Shown: one piece after another, positions 35,473 to 43,654 of the stretch
Layout of the letters: each line of letters begins with the position of its first letter
How positions within the stretch are numbered: position 1 is the first letter of the stretch
Assembly (NCBI GenBank): GCA_030064845.1
Contig: JASJEC010000024.1
Span: forward strand, 1,102-65,101
DNA length: 64,000 nt
Reading direction: 5' to 3'
Source: Kiloniellales bacterium
GTDB lineage: Bacteria > Pseudomonadota > Alphaproteobacteria > Kiloniellales > JAKSDN01
Made by a program: the position numbers and the translations under genes
Notes under the pieces: model-generated
The model's input: only the letters and a program-made list of their open reading frames with translations
What the model was told of the DNA's origin: nothing
Database searches by the model: none

Positions 35473-36351
35473 CTAGTTTCTCGCCCTCAGGCCCAGTTTC
35501 TCACGAGCCTCGGCCGGCGTCACGGCGCGCGCGCCCATCAACTCGATGATCTGGATCGCGCGCTCGACCAGCTGGCCGTTGCTGGCGAAGACTCCCTTCT
35601 CGAGATAGAGGTTGTCCTCCAGACCGACCCGGACGTGGCCGCCCAGCAGAATGGCCTGGGCGACCATGGGCATCTCCATGGCCGAGATCGCGAAGCCGGC
35701 CCAGACGGCGTTCTCGGGCAGGTCCTCGGTCATGGTCTTCATGGCCGCCGTGGTCGCCGGCGCGCCCCAGGGGATGCCGAGGCAGATCTGGTAGAGCGGC
35801 GGGTCGTCGACCAACCCCTCCTTGACCAGCTGGGTCGCGAAGCGCACGTGGCCCGTGTCGAAGCACTCCAACTCCGGCTTGACGCCCAGCTCCTGGATCT
35901 TCTTGGCCATGATGCGGAGCATCTCCGGCGTGCTGACGTAGCAGCCGGCGCCGAAGTTGAGCGTGCCGCAGTCGAGCGAGCAGATCTCGGGCAGCAGGGC
36001 CTCGACATGCTCCAGCCGCTCCAGGGGCCCGACCATGTCCGTGCCCGGGCCGCCGACCGCCGGATTCTCCTCGCTCGGGAAGAAATCGCCGCCCATGCCC
36101 GCCGTCAGGTTGATCACCACGTCGACGTCGGCGTCGCGCACCCGGTCCACCACCTCGCCGTAGTACTCCAGCTTCCGGCTCGGCTGGCCGTCGGGCTCGC
36201 GCACGTGCATGTGGGCGATCGCGGCCCCGGCCCGCGCCGCCTCGATCGCCGCGTCGGCGATCTGCTTCGGGGTCACCGGGATTGCCGGGTGCTTGTCCAC
36301 GGTGTCGCCCGCGCCGGTCACGGCGCAGGAGACGATCACTTCACGGTTCAT
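35473..36351 (-). CDS. beta-keto acid cleavage enzyme (BKACE; 3-keto-5-aminohexanoate cleavage family)
   Basis: [41 protein letters not shown] (HxH metal site) is typical of the BKACE/DUF849 family. Start trimmed to ATG 36351. Confidence 0.88.
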   Translation of the reverse strand: MNREVIVSCAVTGAGDTVDKHPAIPVTPKQIADAAIEAARAGAAIAHMHVREPDGQPSRKLEYYGEVVDRVRDADVDVVINLTAGMGGDFFPSEENPAVGGPGTDMVGPLERLEHVEALLPEICSLDCGTLNFGAGCYVSTPEMLRIMAKKIQELGVKPELECFDTGHVRFATQLVKEGLVDDPPLYQICLGIPWGAPATTAAMKTMTEDLPENAVWAGFAISAMEMPMVAQAILLGGHVRVGLEDNLYLEKGVFASNGQLVERAIQIIELMGARAVTPAEAREKLGLRARN

Positions 36352-36577
36352 GGCGGCGCTACTCCCAAGATGCGGCCCCCGGCAGCGATGCGGGCGTTTC
36401 TCCAAGCTGGCTGCACGCTATCGACAAGGCCCTTCCGAAGTCTTGCATTTTCCCGCCAAAAATTTGCTCTGCGCCGCCACGGGTGGAGCGCGCGGCCGCA
36501 GAGCGCGCCCGCGCTAGGAAATCCTTTAGGCCGAACTACTAGCCTCGACGGCCCCACAAACCTCAAGGAACCCGCTC

Positions 36578-37402
36578 ATGTCCCTCAAGGAAAGACTGGC
36601 GGCGATCGACCGAGCCGAGGCGGCGCCGGCCTTCCGTGCGCCGGCAACCGAGGCCGAGATCCGCGCCCTCGGCGAGGCGGTCTCCGAGGCGGTGGGCCTC
36701 GATCTTCCCGAGGACCTGGCCACCCTCTATCGTTGGCACGACGGCCAGGCGCCCGACCAGCGGCTGGTCGAGGGCGAGACCTTTCGCCTGCTCCCGATCG
36801 CCGAGGCCCTCAGGGAGTGGCGCTTGTTCCTGGACCCGGAGAGCGACTATCTGGAGCCCTATCGGCCCACCTGGTTCCCCCTCTGCTTGAACGGCAACTC
36901 GGACTACCTGGCCTACGATCTCGAGGAAGGCAGCCTGATCGCCTACTGGCACGACGATCCGGACCGCGATGTGGAGCACCCCTCTCTGGAGGACTGGGCC
37001 GACTCCCTGGTCGAAGAGCTTGCCGCGACGGCGCCCCGGCAGGCGCCGGCCGGCCTGATCGGCAGCGAGCCGGTCGAGAGCCTGACCCTCACGCTGCGGC
37101 CCGGCAAGAACGAGAAGCGAGCTGACGTGATCCGCAGCCTGACCCAGCTGACCGGCCTCTCGCTGGGCGAAGTCGCCAAGGCCTTCGCAGACGGGCACGA
37201 GGGTATCGCCATTGCCCTGAGGGAGTCCGTCAACAGCCTGGAGCGGGCAAAGCAGATCCGGGGCGCGCGGAAGGCCCTGGAGCTGCTGGAAGCCGAGGGC
37301 TTCGCACCCAGCCTTGAGGTCGGCGCAGGCGGCGGTGAGACCGAGGCCGCGGCCGGCGAGGCCCTGAAGCAGCTCGAGAACCGCTGCTTGACCGGCGGCT
37401 AG
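36578..37402 (+). CDS. SMI1/KNR4 (SUKH-1) family protein with a C-terminal L7/L12-CTD-like region
   Basis: The N-terminal roughly 140 aa have SUKH features (..LPEDLATLYRWHDGQ..F.LLPIAEAL..GNSDYLAYDL..IAYWHDD). The C-terminal LTLTLRPGKNEKRADVIRSLTQLTGLSLGEVAKAFADG..ALELLEAEGF aligns by eye to the ribosomal L7/L12 C-terminal domain. Confidence 0.7.
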   Translation: MSLKERLAAIDRAEAAPAFRAPATEAEIRALGEAVSEAVGLDLPEDLATLYRWHDGQAPDQRLVEGETFRLLPIAEALREWRLFLDPESDYLEPYRPTWFPLCLNGNSDYLAYDLEEGSLIAYWHDDPDRDVEHPSLEDWADSLVEELAATAPRQAPAGLIGSEPVESLTLTLRPGKNEKRADVIRSLTQLTGLSLGEVAKAFADGHEGIAIALRESVNSLERAKQIRGARKALELLEAEGFAPSLEVGAGGGETEAAAGEALKQLENRCLTGG

Positions 37403-37420
37403 AGCAGATCTAGCCGCGCG

Positions 37421-37449
37421 TTGTTGCCGCGCGGTCGCGGCTCTATAAT
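37421..37449 (+). promoter_or_regulatory. sigma70-like promoter candidate TTGTTG-N17-TATAAT upstream of the TetR gene, embedded in a GC-rich palindrome
   Basis: Perfect TATAAT at 37444-37449 with 17-nt spacing to TTGTTG at 37421-37426. The CCGCGCG (37414-20) / CGCGCGG (37428-34) inverted repeat flanks the -35 and could be an operator or the terminator of the upstream gene. Confidence 0.4.
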
Positions 37450-37469
37450 TTTCGACCACCTGGGATGGA

Positions 37470-38123
37470 ATGGGTGCCATGGCGGAGAAAGCGGGGGCGG
37501 GCAAGACCGGATCCACGGCCCGCAGGGCCGAGCGCGACCTGCGGAGCGCGATCCTGGAGACCACCCTGGACCTGGCCGAACGGGGCAACTGGCCTGACCT
37601 GCGCCTGAGCCAGGTGGCCGCGGCGCTCAACATCTCCCCGGCCGAGATCCTGGCCCACTTCCGCGACAAGGACGCGGTCGCCGACGCTCTCTTCCAGCGC
37701 GGCTGGCAGGCCATGCTCGACACGCCGCCCGAAGGCTTCGCCGCACTGCCGCCCAAGGAGCGGCTCTACCTCCTGCTCTGCCGCTGGTTCGACGCCCTCT
37801 CGCCGAGGCACACCGTGGCGGTCGAGATGCTGAAGGAGAAGATCTACCTTTCCCACCCGCACCACTGGGTGCCCCTGATCTTCAACCTCTCGCGGACCAT
37901 CCAGTGGCTGCGCGACGCGGCCTACCTGGATGCGACGGGCGTCCGCCGGCAGCTCGAGGAGGTCGGCCTGACCGGCCTCTTCCTGGCGACGCTGCGCGTC
38001 TGGGCCCGGGACGACTCGCCGGGCCAGGAGCGAACCAAGGAGTTCCTCCAGCGGCGCCTGTCGCGGGCCGACGAGCTGGTGGCCCGGATCTGGGGCGGCC
38101 GGTCGGAGAACCCGAGCAGCTGA
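37470..38123 (+). CDS. TetR/AcrR-family transcriptional regulator
   Basis: N-terminal HTH: LRSAILETTLDLAERGNWPDLRLSQVAAALNISPAEILAHFRDKDAV. Confidence 0.88.
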   Translation: MGAMAEKAGAGKTGSTARRAERDLRSAILETTLDLAERGNWPDLRLSQVAAALNISPAEILAHFRDKDAVADALFQRGWQAMLDTPPEGFAALPPKERLYLLLCRWFDALSPRHTVAVEMLKEKIYLSHPHHWVPLIFNLSRTIQWLRDAAYLDATGVRRQLEEVGLTGLFLATLRVWARDDSPGQERTKEFLQRRLSRADELVARIWGGRSENPSS

Positions 38124-38124
38124 C

Positions 38125-38396
38125 CTAGGGCCTGTGGACATACAGGGCACGCTCCTGGTCCGAGTGAAATCGGCCCGCTGTTAGGCGCGAGGAGGAAGGA
38201 CATGCCGAGCATATTCGACGACAAGCAACGCGGCAGCGGGCCGATTGCGCCGGATCCCTTCGGGACGGGGCGCATTTGCGCCGGGGCGGCGTCACGGAAG
38301 GACTTGTGGGGCCCAACCCCACGGCACCTCCCGCTCCTGGCCCCGGCGCAAATGCGCTCCCGCCAGGAGCGCGCCGTGAATGTCCACAGGCCCTAG
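38125..38396. mobile_element. 272-bp MITE-like element with 34-bp imperfect terminal inverted repeats and a nested 17-bp perfect inverted repeat
   Basis: Left TIR 38125-38158 (CTAGGGCCTGTGGACATACAGGGCACGCTCCTGG) matches the reverse complement of 38363-38396 at 31 of 34 positions. The inner inverted repeat GCGCATTTGCGCCGGGG (38270-86) / CCCCGGCGCAAATGCGC (38341-57) is 17/17. It fills exactly the gap between two convergent genes and encodes no transposase. Confidence 0.5.
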
Positions 38397-38779
38397 AACA
38401 TCGTGTTGCTGTTGGCGGACACGGCCGGGATCACCTGCAAGGCGTCCCAGTGCTCGACGATCTTGCCCTCTTCGTCGAAGCGGAAGATGTCGATGCCTGC
38501 GTACTCCTCGTTGGGCCAAATCTGGTGGCAGTGCAGGACCACGTAGTCGCCCTCCGCAATGGCGCGCTTGAAAAGCACCTTCTTGCCCGGATAGTCCCGC
38601 GCCATGCGTTCGAAGTAGTCGATAAAGGCCTGCTTGCCGTCTGCAACATGGGTGTTGTGCTGGATGTAGACGTCGCCGGTGTAGATCTCGACGGCCCGCG
38701 CGGGCTGACACTGATTGAACATCAGGTCGTAGAAGGCCTTCGCGTTCTGTTTCATGGTTTCGAGCCGGTCGGTCATCAT
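38393..38779 (-). CDS. SnoaL-like / NTF2-fold protein
   Basis: 128 aa. ..[58 protein letters not shown] is typical of the SnoaL/NTF2-like family. Its stop codon lies inside the right TIR of the MITE-like element. Confidence 0.8.
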   Translation of the reverse strand: MMTDRLETMKQNAKAFYDLMFNQCQPARAVEIYTGDVYIQHNTHVADGKQAFIDYFERMARDYPGKKVLFKRAIAEGDYVVLHCHQIWPNEEYAGIDIFRFDEEGKIVEHWDALQVIPAVSANSNTMF

Positions 38780-38929
38780 TCAAGCTCCGCTTCGCACTGT
38801 TTCTCTGGAGGGCTTCCATCGGCCACCGCCGCGTGCGGGGAGAAGTCACGCGCTTTGCGCGAGATCAGGGCGCCGCATTGGCAAGGCGGGTTCCTATACA
38901 GCACGTCACGCCTCAGGAGTGCTATCCCA

Positions 38930-40111
38930 ATGATCGAAGGTCACCCCCTGGTCTCCAAGAACGTTTCCGGGATGACTGTCTCCGCGATCAAGGAGATGGC
39001 CATGCGGGCGGCCAGGGTGGAGGACGTAGCCTCGCTGACCTGGGGTCTGCCGTCGTTCCAGACGCCCGAGGCGATCCGCCGCGCCATTCAACGGCTCCTG
39101 GACAGCGATCCGGACCTCGGAAAATACACGCTGCCCGACGGTCTGCCGGCGCTGCGCCAGGCTGCCGCCGAGACGCACCGGCGCGCCACCGGCGCCACGC
39201 CCGATCCGGACCGTCAGGTGATGGTGACGGCGGGCAACATGCAGGGCCTCAACGCCCTGTTCCACGTGCTGATCGACCCGGGCGACGAGATCATCGTAAC
39301 CGACCCCGGCTTCGCCTCCCATTTCCAGCAGATCCGCCTTTGCGGCGGCGCGCCGGTCTTCTGGCCCCTCGACGAGGCGCGGGGCTGGCAGCTCGACCTC
39401 GATCTCCTGCCTGGGCTGATCGGCGAGCGGACCAAGGCGATCGTCCTGGTCACGCCGTCGAACCCGACCGGTACGATCTTCTGCGAGCCGGAGCTTCGGC
39501 GGGTCGGCGAGATCGCGCGCGAGCGCGGCGTGCTCGTCCTGCTCGACGATCCCTATCACCACTTCTGCTACGAGAACGCGGGGCACTACTTCAACCTCGC
39601 GGCGGTCCCCGAGTTCGGCGACCACGTCGCCTACCTTTTCACCTTCTCCAAGGCCCACGCCATGACCGGCTGGCGGATCGGCTACATGGTGCTGCCCGAG
39701 GCGTTGAAAAAGCAGGTGCTCAAGGTGCACGACGCGACCATCATCTGTGCGCCGCGGGTCTCCCAGCTGGCCGCCCTCGCCGCCCTTACCGAGGAGCAGG
39801 CGCATGTCGCCGAGTTCGGGAAGATCCTAGGGCGCCGGCGGTCGCTGATCTGCGAACGGCTGGACCGGATACCCCACGTTTTCGACTACGTGAAGCCCGA
39901 GGGGACCTACTACGTCTTCCCGCGGATCCTCGCGGATCACGAGAATTCGATGGAATTCTGCCTGCGCATGCTGGAACAGACTAGGGTCACCCTGACGCCG
40001 GGCGCCGCCTTCGGGCCGACGGGTGAGAGCCACGTCCGCATGGCCTTCTGCGTCGACGACGAAACGATCGACCGGGCTTTCGACCGGCTGGAGCGGCACT
40101 TCGGCGCCTAG
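38930..40111 (+). CDS. PLP-dependent aminotransferase (class I/II)
   Basis: ..VTAGNMQGLN.., ..NPTGT.., FSKAHAMTGWRIGY (PLP Lys motif). Start trimmed to ATG 38930, with AGGAG upstream. The track ORF has a 218-aa spurious N-terminal extension. Confidence 0.9.
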   Translation: MIEGHPLVSKNVSGMTVSAIKEMAMRAARVEDVASLTWGLPSFQTPEAIRRAIQRLLDSDPDLGKYTLPDGLPALRQAAAETHRRATGATPDPDRQVMVTAGNMQGLNALFHVLIDPGDEIIVTDPGFASHFQQIRLCGGAPVFWPLDEARGWQLDLDLLPGLIGERTKAIVLVTPSNPTGTIFCEPELRRVGEIARERGVLVLLDDPYHHFCYENAGHYFNLAAVPEFGDHVAYLFTFSKAHAMTGWRIGYMVLPEALKKQVLKVHDATIICAPRVSQLAALAALTEEQAHVAEFGKILGRRRSLICERLDRIPHVFDYVKPEGTYYVFPRILADHENSMEFCLRMLEQTRVTLTPGAAFGPTGESHVRMAFCVDDETIDRAFDRLERHFGA

Positions 40112-40169
40112 AGCAGATCCGGGGTAGATGGAATCGCCACGGGCGATCCATCAACCCGGTGAATCTGCT
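40112..40169. terminator. 58-nt imperfect palindrome between convergent genes (possible bidirectional terminator or REP)
   Basis: AGCAGAT..CCGGG..GATGGA(A)TCGCC-ACG-GGCGATCCATC..CCCGG..ATCTGCT. About 23 pairable positions with bulges, read directly. Confidence 0.4.
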
Positions 40170-40214
40170 CTAAAACTAGGATGTAGAGCGCGCAGGCCTC
40201 CCGAGTGCCGTGCC

Positions 40215-40655
40215 TCAGTCCTCCAGGTTGCGCGCGACCAGGACCGAGCAGTGCGCGTGGCGGACGACGCGGGCGGCGACCGAGCCAAGGAGGTAGTCGA
40301 CCAGCCCAGGATCGTGGGAGGCGACGACGATCATGTCGGCCTTGATCTCACCGGCGCACTCGAGGATCTCGCTCGAAGGCAGGCCCGCCCGCACCACCAC
40401 CTCCGCGGTCGAGAGGCCGTGCCGGTCGGCCAGCTCGCCGAGCGCCGCCTCGGCGTCCTCGAGCGCCTTCTCGTGAAACTCCGAGGGCAACTGCGAGACG
40501 AGGTAGCCCGGCACCTTCTCGACCACGTTCAGCAGCACGAGTTTCGCGCCCTGAGCCTTGGCGATGCTCGCGGCAAGGCCGAGCGCGGCGGCCCCCGCCT
40601 GCTTCTCGCCGGTGTCGATCGGAACGAGAATGGTCTTGATCATGGCTTGCTCCAA
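40215..40655 (-). CDS. universal stress protein (UspA family)
   Basis: 146 aa. ..ILVPIDTGE.., ..DMIVVASH.., ..LGSVAARVVRHAHCSVLV. Confidence 0.88.
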   Translation of the reverse strand: MEQAMIKTILVPIDTGEKQAGAAALGLAASIAKAQGAKLVLLNVVEKVPGYLVSQLPSEFHEKALEDAEAALGELADRHGLSTAEVVVRAGLPSSEILECAGEIKADMIVVASHDPGLVDYLLGSVAARVVRHAHCSVLVARNLED

Positions 40656-40665
40656 CTAAGTGAAC

Positions 40666-41724
40666 TCAAAGCGCCGCGATCACCGCCTGCCCCAGCTCTT
40701 CGGTATTCGCCTCGCCGCCCAGGTCCGGGGTGCACGGCGCGCCGGCGGCCAAGACCTTCTCGATCGCGCCGACGATCTCGGCCGCGGCCTCGGGGTGGCC
40801 CAGGTGGTCCAACATCATGGCGCCGGACCAGATCTGGCCGATCGGGTTGGCGATCCCCTTGCCAGCGATGTCGGGCGCGGAGCCGTGGACCGGCTCGAAC
40901 ATCGAGGGATGCGCGCGCTCCGGGTTGAGGTTGGCCGAGGGCGCGATGCCGATGGTGCCGGTCACCGCCGGTCCCAGGTCCGAGAGGATGTCGCCGAAGA
41001 GGTTGCTGCCGACCACCACGTCGAACCAGTCCGGATGCAGCACGAAGTGGGCGGAGAGGATGTCGATGTGGAACTGGTCGGTCTTCACGCCCGGGTAGCT
41101 CTCGGCCATGGCGGCGAAGCGCTCATCCCAGTAGGGCATGGAGTGGATGATGCCGTTGGACTTGGTCGCCGAGGTCACGTGCCGGGCCGGCCGCCCCTGG
41201 GCCAGCTCGAAGGCGTAGCGCAGGATCCGGTCGACGCCCTTGCGGGTGAAGATGTTCTGCTGAACCGCCAGCTCTTCCTCGGTCCCGGCGTAGAGCCGGC
41301 CGCCGATCTCGGAGTACTCCCCCTCGTTGTTCTCGCGCACGATCATGAAGTCGATGTCGCCGGGCTTGCGGCCGGCGAGCGGGCAACGCACGCCCTCGAA
41401 GAGGCGCACGGGCCGCAGGTTGACGTACTGCCGGAAGCTGCGGCGGATCGGGATCAAGAGGCCCCAGAGCGAGACGTGGTCCGGCACGCCGGGGAAGCCG
41501 ACCGCGCCCAGGAAGATCGCGTCGTCATTCTCGATCTGCTTGAGGCCGTCCTCGGGCATCATCCGGCCGGTCGCCTGGTAGGTCTCGCAGCTCCAGTCGA
41601 AGTGCCGCCAGTCGAAGGCGATGCCGTGCTTCGCCCCGACGGCCTCCAAGACCGCGATGCCCTGAGGCACGACCTCCTTGCCGATCCCGTCGCCGGGGAT
41701 GGCCGAGATGCTGTACTTGGTCAT
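40666..41724 (-). CDS. tartrate dehydrogenase / D-malate dehydrogenase (decarboxylating), isocitrate-isopropylmalate dehydrogenase family
   Basis: AIPGDGIGKEV.., VRENNEGEYS, ..NLFGDILSD.., ..HGSAPDIAGKGIANP. Confidence 0.88.
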   Translation of the reverse strand: MTKYSISAIPGDGIGKEVVPQGIAVLEAVGAKHGIAFDWRHFDWSCETYQATGRMMPEDGLKQIENDDAIFLGAVGFPGVPDHVSLWGLLIPIRRSFRQYVNLRPVRLFEGVRCPLAGRKPGDIDFMIVRENNEGEYSEIGGRLYAGTEEELAVQQNIFTRKGVDRILRYAFELAQGRPARHVTSATKSNGIIHSMPYWDERFAAMAESYPGVKTDQFHIDILSAHFVLHPDWFDVVVGSNLFGDILSDLGPAVTGTIGIAPSANLNPERAHPSMFEPVHGSAPDIAGKGIANPIGQIWSGAMMLDHLGHPEAAAEIVGAIEKVLAAGAPCTPDLGGEANTEELGQAVIAAL

Positions 41725-42566
41725 GGCGCCGCCACGATGCGCTGCTGTTGCTCGCCCAGGCCGTCGATGCCGAGGCGCACGGTCTCGCCGACCTTAAGGA
41801 AGCGCGGCGGCTTCTGGCCCAGGCCGACGCCGGGCGGCGTGCCGGTGGTGATGATGTCGCCGCTCTGCAGGCTCATGAAGCGGCTGACGTAGCTGACCAG
41901 GTGGTAGACGTTGAAGATCATGGTCTCGGTGTTGCCGTTCTGCTGGCGCTCGCCGTTGACCTCGAGCCAGATACCCAGATTGTGAGGGTCGCCCGCCTCG
42001 TCCGGGGTGACCAGCCAGGGGCCGACCGGCCCAAAGCTGTCGGCGCTCTTGCCCTTGACCCACTGTCCCGTGCTCTCGAGCTGGAAATTGCGCTCCGAGA
42101 CGTCGTTGACCACGCAGAAGCCGGCGATGTGCCCGGCGGCCTCAGACTCCTCGATGTAGACGCCCGGCTTGCCGATCACCATGGCGAGCTCGACCTCCCA
42201 GTCCAGCTTGGTCGAGTGCCGCGGCATGACCGTGTCGTCGTTGGGCCCGCAGATGCACGACGGCGCCTTCATGAAGATCACCGGCTCCTCGGGGACGGGC
42301 TGACCGGATTCCTCGGCGTGGTCGGCGTAGTTGAGGCCGATGGCCGGGAACTTGCCGACGGCGCCGACGCAGGGCCCGATCCGCGGATTGCCCTCGACCT
42401 TGGGCAGAGAGGCGGGATCGATCGCCTTAAGCCGCTCGAGCGAGGCAGGAAGCAGGGCTTCGCCCGCGACGTCGGCGACCTCGCCCGAGAGGTCGCGGAT
42501 GGCGCCCTGGGCGTCCAACAGGCCCGGTTTCTCCTGGCCCGCCGGACCATAACGAAGCAACTTCAT
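41721..42566 (-). CDS. fumarylacetoacetate hydrolase (FAH) family protein, short form
   Basis: 281 aa. MKLLRYGP.., ..GLNYADHAEE.., ..EVELAMVIGK.., ..NDVSER..Q.. and GDIITTGTPPGVG are typical of the FAH family. Confidence 0.88.
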   Translation of the reverse strand: MKLLRYGPAGQEKPGLLDAQGAIRDLSGEVADVAGEALLPASLERLKAIDPASLPKVEGNPRIGPCVGAVGKFPAIGLNYADHAEESGQPVPEEPVIFMKAPSCICGPNDDTVMPRHSTKLDWEVELAMVIGKPGVYIEESEAAGHIAGFCVVNDVSERNFQLESTGQWVKGKSADSFGPVGPWLVTPDEAGDPHNLGIWLEVNGERQQNGNTETMIFNVYHLVSYVSRFMSLQSGDIITTGTPPGVGLGQKPPRFLKVGETVRLGIDGLGEQQQRIVAAP

Positions 42567-42591
42567 GGAGTTTTTCCCCCTTGTTAAGGTG

Positions 42592-43527
42592 TTACTTAAC
42601 CGGCGTCGGCGCCGGCTTGCCGTTGAAATGCGCGCGCAGGTTCTCGACCACGAGGTCGCCCATGGCGTGGCGGGTCTCGACCGTGGCGCTGCCCAGGTGC
42701 GGCTGCAGCACGACGTTCTCCATGGCGAAGAGCGCCTCGGGCACGCGCGGTTCCGCTTCGAAGACGTCGAGCCCGGCGCCGCCGAGTGTCCCCGCCTCCA
42801 GCGCGCTCACCAGCGCCGGCTCGTCGACCACCGAGCCCCGGGCGATGTTGATCAGCACGCCCTCGGGACCCAGGGCCGCCAGCACCTCGGCGTTGACGAG
42901 ATGGCGGGTGCCTTGGCCGCCGGGACAGGAGACCACCAGCAGGCGGCAGTCCCGGGCCATGGCGGCGAGGTCCTCGTAGTAGGGATAGCTCAGGTCTTCC
43001 CTGCGCCGGCGCCCGTGGTAGCAGATCGTGCAGCCCAGGGCTTCGGCCCGCCTTGCGATGGCGAGCCCGATGCGCCCGAGCCCGAGGATCCCGACCCGCC
43101 AGCCGACCAGGCTCCGGGAAAGCGGCATGGGCCCCTTGAGCCAGTCTCCCCGCCGGACGAAGCGGTCGGCCGCGCTGATGCCGCGGGTGACGTCGAGCAT
43201 CAGGCCGACCGCGAGGTTGGCGACGTCGTCGGTCAGCACGTCGGGTGTGTTGGTCACGGTCACGCCCCGCTTGGCGGCGTGCGTCAGATCGATGGCGTCG
43301 ACGCCGACCCCGTAGCAGGCGACGATCTCGAGCTTGGGCAGCGCGTCCATGAGGGCGGCGTCGGCGCCCAGGTCCCCGGTCGTCGCGATGCCGCGCGCCG
43401 CCGCCGCCTTTCCCAGGAGTGCGCCGGCATCGGGCGCTTCCCACAGGCGGTGGATCTGAAAATCCTGATCCAACGCGGCCACGACATGGGGCATCATCGG
43501 CCCGACCATGACGATCTCGGGCTTCAT
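42592..43527 (-). CDS. D-isomer-specific 2-hydroxyacid dehydrogenase (glyoxylate/hydroxypyruvate reductase-like)
   Basis: GILGLGRIGLAIARRA NAD motif, ..NIARGSVVDE.., ..AGLDVFE.EP. Start trimmed to ATG 43527, with GGAGGAG upstream. The track ORF carries a 206-aa spurious extension. Confidence 0.9.
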   Translation of the reverse strand: MKPEIVMVGPMMPHVVAALDQDFQIHRLWEAPDAGALLGKAAAARGIATTGDLGADAALMDALPKLEIVACYGVGVDAIDLTHAAKRGVTVTNTPDVLTDDVANLAVGLMLDVTRGISAADRFVRRGDWLKGPMPLSRSLVGWRVGILGLGRIGLAIARRAEALGCTICYHGRRRREDLSYPYYEDLAAMARDCRLLVVSCPGGQGTRHLVNAEVLAALGPEGVLINIARGSVVDEPALVSALEAGTLGGAGLDVFEAEPRVPEALFAMENVVLQPHLGSATVETRHAMGDLVVENLRAHFNGKPAPTPVK

Positions 43528-43654
43528 GCTCCTCCCCCGGTGTGGCTGTTCTGGCTTATGGATCCCGATCGCTCTCTCCATGGATAGCATTGCAACTTTG
43601 CGGAACCAAGCCGCAGCGGCATAGTGAGGGCACGAGCGATCAGGGGGCGGGGCC

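Noticed and set aside
38202-38396. 64-aa ORF with a strong GGAGGA Shine-Dalgarno inside the MITE-like element
   Set aside because: It lies across inverted-repeat arms and ends in the terminal repeat, with no recognisable features. High GC3 is not discriminating in this genome. It is mentioned in the MITE finding as something to test but is not called as a gene.
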